From Tubiluchus corallicola (Eukaryota; Animalia; Priapulida): DNA of 64,000 nt. How positions within the stretch are numbered: the stretch's first letter is position 1; each line of letters opens with the position of its first letter. The position numbers were made by a program, and so were the translations under genes. A model generated the notes under the pieces. That model did no database searches and was not told where the DNA came from. It was given only the letters and a program-made list of their open reading frames with translations. Location: positions 124,001 through 188,000 of the forward strand of contig JAQGDQ010000061.1 in the NCBI GenBank assembly GCA_030141605.1, read 5' to 3'. This document shows, in pieces, positions 13,375-26,095 of the stretch.

Positions 13375-14394
13375 ATCGACCCAGGGAAGGCTAGGTGCCA
13401 AACTTTTCTATTCATTAGCTAATTAGCCGGAATAGTTGTAATGATCTTGTTTTGCTGGTTCTATGCACAGCACGTCAACTGAGATGACCAAAACTCAATG
13501 TGTGACCAAAAGAAATTTAGTTTTTTACAGACAACTTGATAACGCCTTGCCGCAATTTGATTATAGATGGCACTGTTGTTTTTCTGGTAACTTTACAATT
13601 CTGCTAACACCAGTTTATACTAAGCATATGCAGGAAAAAACAAACAAATCTGTAATTTTGTGAGACACGAAAAAAACATGACCGTAACAATCATTGCACA
13701 CACTTTATCCTTTCAAGTAGCATATCCATATCTTTGAAGATATAGAACTAATAATTCTTATAATTATTAACAATTGTAGCCAATTCACTATGGTCTTATT
13801 ATTGTTACGCTTGCATAACTTTCTTGTCTTTGTATCCTAGTGGTCCAACTGTATCTTCTCATATTACAGAAGCATTTAAAATCAGTTTTCCTTCTGCAAT
13901 TAAGTTCTTCCTCAAATTGAACCCACTTGATGGATAGCTTTCATAGGTGTGATTCAATCCTCTATTACAGCCATATGCTCTTCATAGTCTTATTCGAATT
14001 AACAGGACAATATATTAACCTATTCCCACTTCTTAGTCTTTTTATACCTTCATTTAATATTCTTTTATTCAATCATACAATGGCTTCGACCATTTCATTT
14101 CTAGACAATCACTGGCTTTACCTAACTGCCAATTCATCATCTCGTAGAATTACGTCTATATAAAGCCCTGTAATTTATTTTTATATATATGATCTAAACA
14201 GATCTGCTGTACATCTGAATATTATGTATAGATAATATAGTACAGCTATGATTGCTAGAAGCCAAGATGTGCCATTATGCTTTCCATCTCATTAGTTTCA
14301 GATGTTGAGTTTTTTGTTGGTGTTGAACAACATTTTACCAATAATTGGTGAAAACATTTTATTTAAATAATAAATAATTTTCGCTTCTCGTTAG

Positions 14395-14770
14395 TAGGGG
14401 TGAGCATCGAACGTTTGAGTTCAAACATTCGAATCGAATTCGAGCAGTCGCATTCGATTCGAACGAGTTTTTTTAGTTCGAACTCGATTCGAATCCAAAA
14501 CTATAGATTCGAATAATTCAGCACTTGAATCCTTCAATCCAGCATGTTCCTGATCATTAAAACGATTGAAACATCATGCAATTAGCATAATTTAGTTGTG
14601 ATTTCTGTGCACAACTTTAAGCAAATTACTAGTCTTTTTATTGCAGAACAAAATCTAGTGATCTTTGTTTGGATAATAATCTTTGTAAGGCTAATTTTTA
14701 CTGGTGGTTTGAAAACTTGCGCGAAAATCGTTCAATCTCAATTCGAATTCCGTTCGAATTCGAGACACTG
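14395..14770. mobile_element. Partial hAT-like MITE with TTCGAA-rich subterminal repeats
   Basis: Starts taggggtgagc followed by many ttcgaa/ttcgat repeats. A similar cluster lies at 14740-14765. The right TIR was not found. Confidence 0.45.
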
Positions 14771-14788
14771 AAGTTCCTACTAGTAAGG

Positions 14789-15179
14789 TGTTGTGTTTTG
14801 TTTCTCTCGGAAGGCTTGTACAGAAAACCAGAAAACACGCCGTCAAATTAAACTAGTTAATAAGCGAGAATTCTACAACACAAAAGTATGAAGGAACGCG
14901 AGATGTTTTCAGTAAACGTGAAAATCTGGGAACCGTTTATCTGAAAATAGGTGTATCTGATAAGTGTATCTGAAAATACAAGTATACAAGAGAATGTGTA
15001 AGTGGCATCCATGTGAATCTGCGTGTGTCTGTAAGCGGCATGCTTCGGCTTATATAGCATGCCCGAGAAGCTTCTAGAAGTTTTGTTCCAGAACATTCTA
15101 CACGGTAAGACGATTATTCTAATGGAGCATTCTACAATGTCCTATGTGATTCTAATAGGTGCCAGCGATCTCCACAACA
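14789..15179 (-). mobile_element. Solo LTR (391 bp)
   Basis: Termini TGTTGTG...CACAACA. 5-bp TSD taagg (14784-14788) / ttagg (15180-15184). Minus-strand TATATAA at 15056-15050. The empty site is supported by the related repeat at 39770-40061. Confidence 0.75.
15066..15099. promoter_or_regulatory. Two three-unit heat-shock elements inside the solo LTR
   Basis: aGAAgcTTCtaGAAg (15066-15080) and gTTCcaGAAcaTTCt (15085-15099) match alternating nGAAn arrays, ~10 bp upstream of the LTR TATA box. Confidence 0.6.
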
Positions 15180-15490
15180 TTAGGTAAATCTTTCAAGCAG
15201 GTTAAGGAAAAATGCTAAGTAGTACAACTTTCCATGGACATAATTCAATTTATATATTGAATTATATAATTCAATAATGGAATTTTCTTCCTGTGATTTA
15301 TATTGTGCATAAATGACATCATGCAATGACGCAGTCGGTATTGCTGGAAATTTAAAATGAAAACAAACAAAAAATCTTTTGTACGCAAGTACGATATATG
15401 CATAAAATTGTTATATAGTAAAATAATTTTTTCAAGCGATTTTCTAAAATATCCTTCAGATAGCCCTGCTTGTTCTAAAAAATACTCCCT
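15180..15490 (-). repeat. Interspersed repeat, copy 1 (possibly Helitron-derived)
   Basis: Reverse-complement similarity to 39770-40061, e.g. gtacgatatatgcataaaattg vs caattttatgcatatatcgtac. Its terminal CTAG (14780-14783) is separated from the body by the LTR insertion. Confidence 0.7.
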
Positions 15491-15571
15491 AAAAGTTCTT
15501 AATTTTGCTATAAAGCAGTACTGAATTAACTAGCATCACCCGATTTCCTTTTGATTTACCTTACAATATTA

Positions 15572-15595
15572 TTTGCCTTAGTGACCAAAATGGCG
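15572..15595 (+). promoter_or_regulatory. IFT52 proximal promoter: RFX X-box-like site plus a YY1-type AAAATGGCG over the start codon
   Basis: tttgccttagtgac (reverse GTCACT-AA-GGCAAA) lies immediately upstream of aaaATGGCG. IFT genes are classic RFX targets. Confidence 0.5.
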
Positions 15596-18500
15596 CCCAC
15601 AACAGTGGTAAATAATGTGATTTTTTCCTTGTTGGCGTTAAATTTATGACGTTGTTTATTGCTTATGTAGCTAAAAACTTTTGTAGAACGCTTTGTTGTT
15701 TCTACGTATTCACATTGTCGACGTCCTGTAAAAGCGTTTCAGTGTTTTTATGTCAGCTGTCTGCTGTGACAGGTTTAGTACAAAATGTGACGCCAGAGCA
15801 AGTGCATCAATATGGCAAAATACCAATGTTTTACAGAGCAAAAAAGCAGCAGAATGGTATTGCCATTCATGCTGCATTTCCAACATTTACTGCTTCTTTT
15901 TTTGAGTCATCATTTGCAAGCTTATCCAATCACTTTACTGATTTCTGATTTCGTCATTTGATTTATTTTTGGATTTTGTATATTTTGAGCTTAGAGTCCA
16001 TAAAAGAATGTCAGTGTTTTATGTCAATTACAATGTTTTTACAATGCTTTTATGATCTTCAAAAATCAGTTTTCTTTAAGAACTAGCCTATATATTTAGG
16101 CATTATTTGCCATCATTTCAAAGGTTGCTTATATTAATTTAGAAAGTTAAAAACATGCAATGTCAAAGATCTTATGTATTGTTAATTATTCCTCATGGTG
16201 GCTAGGAAAGGTTAGATAGGTTAAACAGATCATACTTTACACTCTACAGTCTACACTGAATAAATTTATAGGCTTATAGGTACTCCTTCCATTATTTTTA
16301 TTGACTCATATCATAGTTTATTATTTGTTAATAAAATAAAAGCATTAGCACTTTCTATAATACTAAGGCCATAATAGTTGCAGTTTTATAGGCAGGCGAT
16401 GGTCTAGATTACAGGTATCGATTATAGTCCCATTTCGTCAAGTTGCCTATAATTTTGTACAAATATTTAATCCAAAGTAGTGCAGCATTACATTTCCAGT
16501 AGATTGTTTCTTGTTGTCTACAATGGTACCGTTTATGTTAGATGCGAATGATATCGACATTCATTTTGTTGCTGATAGTCTTGCAGGTTTAGGCTGTATC
16601 CAGCAGCTTACATGTGTAACATAACTTTTAGTAGGATAATAAAGTTAAATTGTTATGTGTTGTGATATAACTGAAACGGATTTAGAAATCTATCAGCACT
16701 GTTATTTTATAACAGGTTTGGTCATTCTTGTAATTATTGTACTTTTTAAGGCACTTTTTTATTTGAGAGAGTTATTAATTTTTTTAGTGCATGACATTGA
16801 CTCTGTAGTTTTTTTAGTTATTTGTTTAATCAGCTAATCACCTTAATTACTATATAAATAAATTTTTCCTTGTATGCTTCAGAACATGGAAGGCAAAGAT
16901 AAAGGCACTACAATAGTTATCAACGCATCCAAGCGTGAAGTTTGTACTGTCAATAGTGGTTTCAAAATTTTGCAGCGCAAATTAAAGTCGGAATGGAAGA
17001 TAGAAGGGTAATTTTAAATGCAGTATATAGCATATATAACGTACTTGCGTATATAGCATACATTCAGACATGATAGTGTTCAGCCTTTAACATTTTTGAC
17101 TACAGGCATTTTTTACCCGTTTTGGAAAGCAGTTGGTTTTTCTTTCTTTTCCCCTGTATTGATGTGTAGTTTGAATTTTATTATAATGTGTAGCATATTG
17201 GAAAGGTTGTGCAAATAACTAAGTGTGGAAGCAGCAAACTACTTGTGGTGTGTTAGTTGTGTTTTAAACAACAGCTTGTTTATTTTTTCAGGAACAAGGA
17301 TCAAATCACTAATGAGATGCTATCACATGCTCGTGTGTTTGTGCTTGGTGGGCCACGTGATAAATTCACTGCAGTTGAGGTACTTCTTTAAACAATTTCT
17401 GTGTAGAATAGATTAAATGCTTATTAAAGATTGCAGTTCTGTTAAGCCATCTGCCCAGAGCTTTAACTTGAGAAACCGCAGTAATGATGTAATGTTACAT
17501 CCATCTATTATAATTATATCATATTCAGGTTTATTCAACTTTGCGCTTGGGTAACAATGAGAATAATTTCGGTTTTCTCATCATTCATTTTTAAACGTTT
17601 TTCCAGTGCTCAAGATTTAATATCATTCAAGCAGTTTTGCATTGAAATTACTGCATAAGCTTCAGCTGATGAACTATTGCCAATAAATGATATTGTTAAT
17701 TACAAATTTTAAAACCTGCATTAGATGTTTGTTGACAACTTCAGATAAACAACTCGAATAAAATGTAAAACACAGAGGCCCAATACAACTTCCTTAAGCA
17801 AATTAACCGTTTTCATAGAATATTTATTCTGTCTTTGGTTGATTTCAGTTTGACGCTCTGCAAAGGTATGTTGAGAATGGCGGAAGTGTTCTTGTCTTGA
17901 TGGGAGAAGGAGGCGAAGCAAGATTTGAAACAAATATCAATTTTTTCCTAGAACAGTTCAAGATTTCGGTAAATAAAGGTAGGTGACAAAATCAGACACC
18001 GCAACAAAATGTGCAAAAACTGTTTATTTGCAATTGTTTTATATCATATATTGTGTGTCATGGAACTACTCAAGTACAATCGGCTTTCCGTATGCGTGAG
18101 TTAACATACCTTATATTTTGTTTCGGTGCTATGATGGTCAGGTCTTTTTTGCCCCTGTGTACCTGAATTTATTTAAATCATCTGCTGATCACCACTTGCC
18201 ACGTATTTTTCCATCAACAACAATCAACATCTTAGGAAATGAAACACGACTTGGATAAATAAATAACAATTGACAGAGATTTAAATATAAGAAAATACAT
18301 TAGACCACGAGCACTAATCGAGTTTTATTCTTAACGCAAATTGTGTATACTGAGGAAGCTTGCAGTCCTATAGGGTTACATAGACATTGTGTCCCTACAT
18401 GGATATTTAAGACTATTCAGTAAAACATAGTCTCATGTACTTTAAAATCTATGCAAACCTAATAGTGCAAATTTATCGTTTTGACAAACTCATTACTTGT

Positions 18501-21500
18501 CACTTTTTCCATTTTGGCCCTTTTAAGGCTTTGTAGATCATAGTTTCTGTATGTTGGTAGACTGACTTACCAAATTCAAACACCTGCAGAGAGCAAGTCT
18601 TGTCTAATATAGTAAGCAATTCACAATAATTGTCCTATAAATGAAATGCTTTTTTAGAGCAGAGAAAGAGGAACAAAATTATATTTTAACACAATTTTAA
18701 CTCTTTTTAGTATGTTCGAATACTGAACAAATCTAACATGTTGTTATGACCATTTTCTATTGACCAAGTAATCGCTATCATTAAATAAACAAAATTTTTT
18801 TTATGCTGTTAATGTTTTTTGTAGACTCGGTTGTTCGTAATGTTTATTACAAATACCATCATCCAAAAGAGGCACTTGTGCAGAATGGCATTCTAAATCG
18901 TGCAGTAAGTCAGGCTGCTGGAAAAATGGTGATAGCTGGAGAGGATGAGTCATTAAATTCACAGTAAGTGTTTCTATAATGCTATAATATTATTTATACA
19001 TATATGATTTGTAAAAGGTAACAAATAAAAAATTTAGAACCATATTTGGAAATAGAAAATTCCTTACATGATAATGTCTAAGAAATCAGCAGAAAGTGTG
19101 ACAATTCTTTTTCAGAGCCTTGACATTTCTGTATCCGTACGGTGCTACTTTGAATGTAAGAAGACCTGCAGTGGCAGTCTTGTCTACTGGCAGCGTGTGT
19201 TTCCCAGTAAATCGTCCAGTCTGTGCTTTTTATACTGTGAAGGTACAGAATTTGCAGTTGTTTGTTTTCAATTTGTGTATGTTAAAGTCTGATTGCTATT
19301 ATCTTACATTTTAACTGAATTTTTAGTGTACTTAATAACCGAACATTTCGATTTGGCCACTGTATATTGAAGTGTTCAAGTCTGATTGTGTAGCATATGT
19401 TGCTCTGTATTTTGTCAATTCGCTTTATTGTTTTTTTTTGTGTAATATGGGACTTATTTACTCAGGATATTCAGTATTATAAGGTTTTTGCCTGTTTAAG
19501 ACTGTATTCAAATTGCATTTCTATAGAAACAGCGTAGCAAGATTAAGAGTTTACCATGCTGTGAAATGCCAGTATGAGAACTTTTGCAAAAACTGATATA
19601 TTTTGCACGTTATGATAAAATGTTCTTGTTAAAAAGCTAGACATTGTCATTTGTTAGGTTAACCTTTTTTGAATGATTCAGTTTTGTATAAGGTGTGCTG
19701 TACCACCCAAGGGCCTCCTTAATGTTCGTACAGGATAATTTTTTTAAGACATTGAACAGGCAGAGTGTAATAGCTAGTGGTGGTATTACAAGTGAAATTG
19801 TTCAGAGCACTCATCAATTTGCTGGCTATGTACTCTGTTGCTCAACTTTTGTTGTTATAGATACACACCATGACAGGCATGACTTCTCAATAATTTCCCT
19901 TGACTCATCAATACAGAATTTTATACTGACATGACATTATGTCTGTAAGAGCTTTTAGCCTTCTCCTTTCAACAATCTGTTAATTTATATATATACTGTA
20001 AATGCAATTTTATTTATTGAAGTTTTTCTGTAATTATATTTTAGTGTTGTGGAAGAAGTAAATACAGTACAATGTAATACGATGATGTTATCTGTGGTTT
20101 AACTGTTTTTGTAAATCTACAGGCTAGTCAAGGAAAGCTGGTCGTATTAGGTTCTGTGTTAATGCTTTCTGATAACTATGCGGAAAAAGAAGAGAATGGT
20201 AAAATTCTGGACGTGGTTTTTCGATTTTTGACTTCGGATGACTTTGAACTGGATGATATTGATGCTGCTGATCCGGAGGTAAGCCACAGAAACTAAAACA
20301 TGCTTAACAAAGTAAGCTGAAGGAGCATAAGAGGGGCATTTAGTTGGTGCAGTCATGTGAATTGTTCACACATTTTTTGGTTCTTGTATTTGTTGGGGAG
20401 ACAGTTTTATCAGTTGAAATGTCTTAGCAAGTTTTACTTTGCAAACTTTTGTAATATATTCTGTAGACATTTGCACAGAACCAATTATCCATAACCATTT
20501 TGGTCATTGTCATTCTGAATGTGTTTGCTCAATGTTTTGCTCTTAGATTGCAGATTATACACATCTACCTAGCACAAATGAGCTTGCCCAGCAGTTGAAG
20601 TCCTGCTTACATGAAACAGATGACGTTCCTCGTGACTTCACACAATTATTTGACAGTGCATTGTTCCAGTTAGACACGTCATTAGTGCCACGCATAATCA
20701 AGTACGTATTTTAGAAGATATTGGAGCCATTACACTGGGCATTTTTGTTTTTTTGAGATTCCGCCATTTCTCATTGGGCATATACATCTAGTCATCATTT
20801 TTGGTCAAGTAAAAGGAAAGTATTAGTGTCCTAAGTTTTTGGCTTTCAAGTATCCACAGTATTGAGTGTTTTCTTGCTAACATATAGGTGCATGATGTAA
20901 AAACAGTTGTAATTTGTATTTTTGACATTGTTTACAGTATTTTCATGTTTTAAACAGCTTTTATGCCTAAAATTAACCTATTATTGTCTTTATTGCAGCA
21001 GACTAGAAGCTACACATAAGTATACACAACAAATACCGAGCAATTGCAATTTTTATTCCTGAAAACAATTGAATGCGGTGATTGGCAGGCTTTTGGGCAA
21101 TTGCTAGTATTTCATACTCTGTATTTGAGACTTGACCTGTTTGTTTAGACACTGCTTACGGCTTTTGTATAATTATTGATAATTGGTGGTGTTTGGCTGT
21201 TATAAAGCATAAGTAATTTAAGATTTTCCATATGAATTGTTTTGTTTTCATATGTGCGTTATCTTCTTTCAGAACGTATGATGAAATGCATATAAAACAT
21301 GAACCACTGACACTAATATCGCCAACTTTTGAAACTCCTTTGCCTCAACTCCAACCCGCCGTGAGTAAAAGTTCTACATTGTCTGTGCATTGCTGGCAGT
21401 TGTGATCACTACCTAATCTTGCTATGATTAAGTATAAAATGATCAGTATGATCACATGGTTCAGTTATGCTGTGTGCTTACAGTCAGATTTCATTAGCCA

Positions 21501-24155
21501 AAATGAACCAAATCTTTCATGCTAGAGGTTTTAATTTTCAGATTGAATTCAACCTTTCATTGCACGTACAGCTGACCAAATAATACGTTTTTTTATTTTT
21601 TTAGATATTTCCACCACAGTTTAGAGAACTACCTGCACCAGCTTTAGAGTGTTTTGATTTGGATGACTGCTTTTCTTCTGAGAAAGTCAGACTCGCACAG
21701 CTAACAAATAAATGTATTTATTTTATTGCTTATTTTAAAAAAAATGCCAATTTGGTTTGGTCCAATTGACCCTTACTAACTCATTTAATGCAAGATTCTT
21801 TATACCTGCTGTGGGGTCTAGGAACTCGTGCTGTGTCAACACTGAACATAGTTTGAGATTGCTGATTTTTGCTTGGGGAAAGATAATTTGGAAAAGAATG
21901 TTCTTATTAGTTATTATTCAATTAGTCTATAGTGCCTTTTACATGTTTATTATCATCTGAATGAACTGTGCAATAAGCCTATGTGCTAACAATAATTATC
22001 ATCATAATCCGTCATTGTCAGCCTGCATGCTGTTAAAATTATAATTGTCAATTGAAATTATTCCATTTAATTTTAAAAACGGTCTGTTTTGCATGTATTC
22101 TTACAGTTTATTTGTTGAGTTAGTTATTCTTTAAAACAAATAGTGGTCGATTTCCTATCAATGTTGTTGTTTAAAATCTTTTGCACACACCTAAAAATTA
22201 TCAGGAGAACCAGTGAAATGTTCTGGGTGTAATGTACCAATCTTTTTCTTTTTACCATTATATTTATCATTATTTTAGATTGTGCTAAAATTGCATCAAC
22301 TGATTGTCAAACTAATCTATTTTTATATAGGTTCTGATAATGATATTGAATACTATGCCAGAGAATGCGGAGAAATATTGGACATTATGAGCAGCTTACC
22401 GCAAGACAAGCGAACAGCTAAACACATTTTAGAGTTTGTGATGTCACAGCTTGTTGAGTTTAAGAAGTTAAATCAGGTATGTTGGTTGATATAAAATAGC
22501 ATTGCACATTCTTGCTTGTTGTTCTACATGCCATGCATTAACAATGTACAGTAAAGAAATGCCTAATTCTCATTAACTTTGAAAGAATAATGGCTACTAA
22601 TCATTAACACATGTGATGAATAATATATTCGTAAGTAAATATAACCATTTCTTGTGTCCAACAGAAGAGTCATAAAATGATATGAAAAAGATTGTAGTAT
22701 AAGCATTTCACAGATCAGGTACTGTACTATTTGCTTTATTTGGTTAAATGTGATTTTTTGTAATATCAAATTCTTCTCAGTGGCTGCTTATTTGATTGAT
22801 CGATTTGGTTTGTTTTGAACAATAGTTTTGATTTAGTAACAGAGGTTAAAATGTGTTCAGCCTACTTTTGCTTGCATAAACCATAATCTTATGCAGATTT
22901 GTTCTTTAAATGTAGTAACCACAAGCATTGTGTAAGTAAAACGTGTTGTGTGCTGTGACTACTATAAGAAAATTTATTTTGCTCTCTAAACAATATATCA
23001 GTAAACTTTTACTTTTTATGAATCTTTGCACACTTTTACTTTATTAGACATGGTCTTGTTAATAAATCATGAAAACAATGCAGTTGAACCAGCATTAATT
23101 ACAGCGGTTTTTCACTGCATTGCTGTAATTGCAGTGTATAACATACTTGATGATTATGCAACACCTTGATATATCTTATTTCTCTTTGTTAGCATTTTCT
23201 TCCTTGCAGATGCAAAAAATTGAGCCTTTTAAATTTAATCACTTATGCCTGACAAATATGTATTGTAACATTTTTGGTTATAGCACGTGAAATGTTATTT
23301 GAATTATGTTTTTTCGAAATTCTTGTAATGTTCTTCGAGTATTGTGTTTGTTTTTAACATTTGTTCTCTTTATCGCTGTAGTGTGATTTATTGATTTACT
23401 GTCGAGGTTATTATCAATGTGCTATATCCTGCACATTCGTTAAAACTGTAGAATTTACTTTTATTCATTAGTTCAAACTACACATTCGGTAATTTAACAA
23501 AAAGAATACTATTTTTAATTAGCATTATGTAGTCAATTTGAAATGGCATGTAGATTTTGTGCTAAATCAGTTATAACGTTAACCAGCCTGTCACCGGGTG
23601 ACGGCCATAAATATTGATTGAAAAATCATATTTGGATGAAGTAGTTTGTACCTATAAGAATGTGTAACAGTACTTAGAACTATGCTGCTAGGGCAGCTGG
23701 CTGTACTTTTACCATTAATTTATTTTAATGAGCCCCGCAGTGCAGACTGTTTTTGTTTTTTTACTTTTCCGTTATATGATTTTTTGAAGGTGTGTTTCTC
23801 AATTTTGTTCTAGTGGCCAGATGCACCAACTATGAATTTCATTGGTGATAATACTGGAAGTGATGCTGATAATGCATCTTTGCATTCATCTGTTCCTTTA
23901 CATCATGAAAAGGGAGAAGATTTACATTCCAGGAAATCCCTCAGCCCGCAGAAAATCTATTCACCAGGTGGTGGAGACCAAGAAACTGGTTCTTACGAAG
24001 CACCACTATCGTCAGTTCCACATCGTGTACGAATTGACAAATCAAAGCCTCCCACTCCTCCGCCATCAGTGCGTCATCGTGTTAACCCAGGCAGAAGTGG
24101 GTTATTTCACTCAAATGCAGGTTATAGCTATCCTCGGTCTCCTTCAAATAGATGA
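15590..24155 (+). CDS. IFT52: Intraflagellar transport protein 52 (IFT-B core subunit, OSM-6 orthologue), ~540 aa
   Basis: Exons 15590-15607 (MAPTTV, less certain; alternative ATG at 16886), 16883-17007, 17292-17379, 17849-17978, 18825-18963, 19116-19242, 20123-20278, 20547-20701, 21273-21360, 21605-21713, 22331-22476, 23814-24155. All junctions are GT-AG and phase-consistent. Conserved IFT52 motifs: GPRDKFT, MGEGGEARFETNINF, KYHHPKEALV, YPYGATLNVRRPAVAVLSTGSVCFPVNRP, FETPLPQLQPAIFPPQFRELP, EFKKLNQ. Confidence 0.95.
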
Positions 24156-26095
24156 CATGATGGGTAAATGCGGATGCAACTGCAGAATCCAATAGATTGT
24201 ATGGCATTCGTTCATTCCTAATGGAAATCAAGTCTTTTACGGAATGCACTCAATTTAACTAGTCAAATGTACAGCATATTACTATCTATGTTGTATCTCA
24301 CGTGGTAGTCAATTGCTGCTGTTCACAGCTTTTTACTTCTTATACATTGTAGCAATGCAGGTTTGCCCCACTAGGATACTAATATTGTACTGTAAAGGTG
24401 GACTTAACTTGCATCCCTGAATCTCTTATTTAGCAAAGTGGTCTTAATTAAGTTGAAGGAATGCATTAGGTACCGATAATCCGTCCATTCACATCCCTTT
24501 ATTAACTATTCGTTGTGCATTTTGTTGTTTACTAAATTATTTCCGTTTGTATGCATATTATGCTGTGTTGGTACGGTACTTATGTATGAATTTATGTGAA
24601 CTGTAACGGACGAAACACTCATCTGTCAAGAAAGTTCAAGACAGTACTCATTAATGCTCAAAATTGCTTTGTTAATTGTTACATTAAGCTACTAAATTGT
24701 TTTAGTGTAAGCTGAAAGCCAGCTCTCAATAGCGACCTAGGTATTATGGTTGTAAGAAGACTGGAACTTTTGTCATTATCAAGAACAATCCTCTGACTAG
24801 TAAGTTTTTATGCCAAGCTAATTCGTCAAGTAACTCAGTGTTCAGCAAGTGTGTTCAGTTACTTCAGAGAGCTTGCTATTTCTTGTTGACAGTAATTTGC
24901 AAAGTAGTTCACACTTGCAAGTTTGGTGATATCAGAGAGAAAGCTCACGACAAAACTCGCTAGTCTAAATGCGCAGTAAAGTACAAGAATGAACAGTATG
25001 TTAGGTACGTTTTCATGTAGGCTACATCCTTCCTCAGCAAAGTTGAATACCAAAATAGTTATACTTTCAAATTAAACCATCCAAAACCAAATTTCCTGTT
25101 GGTATGTAGTTATCCATCTACATACTTGTTTAACACAAAGTGCTACTAAACTTATTCAAAACAACTCTAATTGATTTATTTAACATTATCCACTACAATT
25201 TATTGTAATAGTTTTATAACTACATAGTTGAATTCTCCTTGTATACAGTGTTTTTTTAAAAGATTAATGCAAAAACAATGGTGTTTAAGTATATTGTTGT
25301 TTTCATTAATTTGACATTGTGAATTAAAATTTTATGGTTGTGATGTTAAAAGTTGTGTTACAGCATTTTCTTAAAAACAAGTTTATGACACATCAAGATT
25401 TGATTTTATATACGTCAGTGTTGCTTTAGATTCAACATTATCATTGACACAGTGGGTTCGTCAATGTCCAGCTACAGTCTCAAATTTATTCAGCTGCAGT
25501 CATATTAGGTAAGAAATTTGACATTGACAACAGAATAATGGGAAATGTTAATAACTCTGATATCCAAGGATGTGATTATTACACTTAGTAATCATCTACA
25601 CAAGTAATATAAAATAGCTGTTAGCTGTTCTATTCGCTCATTTTGCTATGCATATGTAAGGCCCTTTCAAAGCATAGAGAGAAACGTTCAAGGAGTACGA
25701 GCTTAACTGAGTTAGTTAACTAATAATTTTACCAGTGTTAAGACCAACACTTTAAACAAAGCTGCTAACTGTTTGTTATGGGCATTGTTGTGACATCTAC
25801 TGGCAAAGGAAAAGTGCCTCTTTCAATTCTGCTTTTTTATAGGTCTAGACAGCAGCTTCATAGAAAAGCGTCGGTTGTGTTAATTACATCTATAGAAAAA
25901 CATGGTTTTGTAAATTTTAGTTCATTATCATTTATGACTTCTGACGTTATTGCAAGATTCACAGCACATGGCGCTGCAAAGAAGCCAGTGGACCGAATGA
26001 ACTGTATAAGCGAGTCGCTAGAAATGCACAAATGACAAACGGGTGTCGGCCGCTAGATAGCACCATGCGTCATTAGTGACGTGTTTTGTTTCAAG

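Noticed and set aside
23842-24195. 117-aa ORF overlapping the IFT52 last exon
   Set aside because: It is out of phase with the 22476 donor and 23814 acceptor, i.e. a shadow frame.
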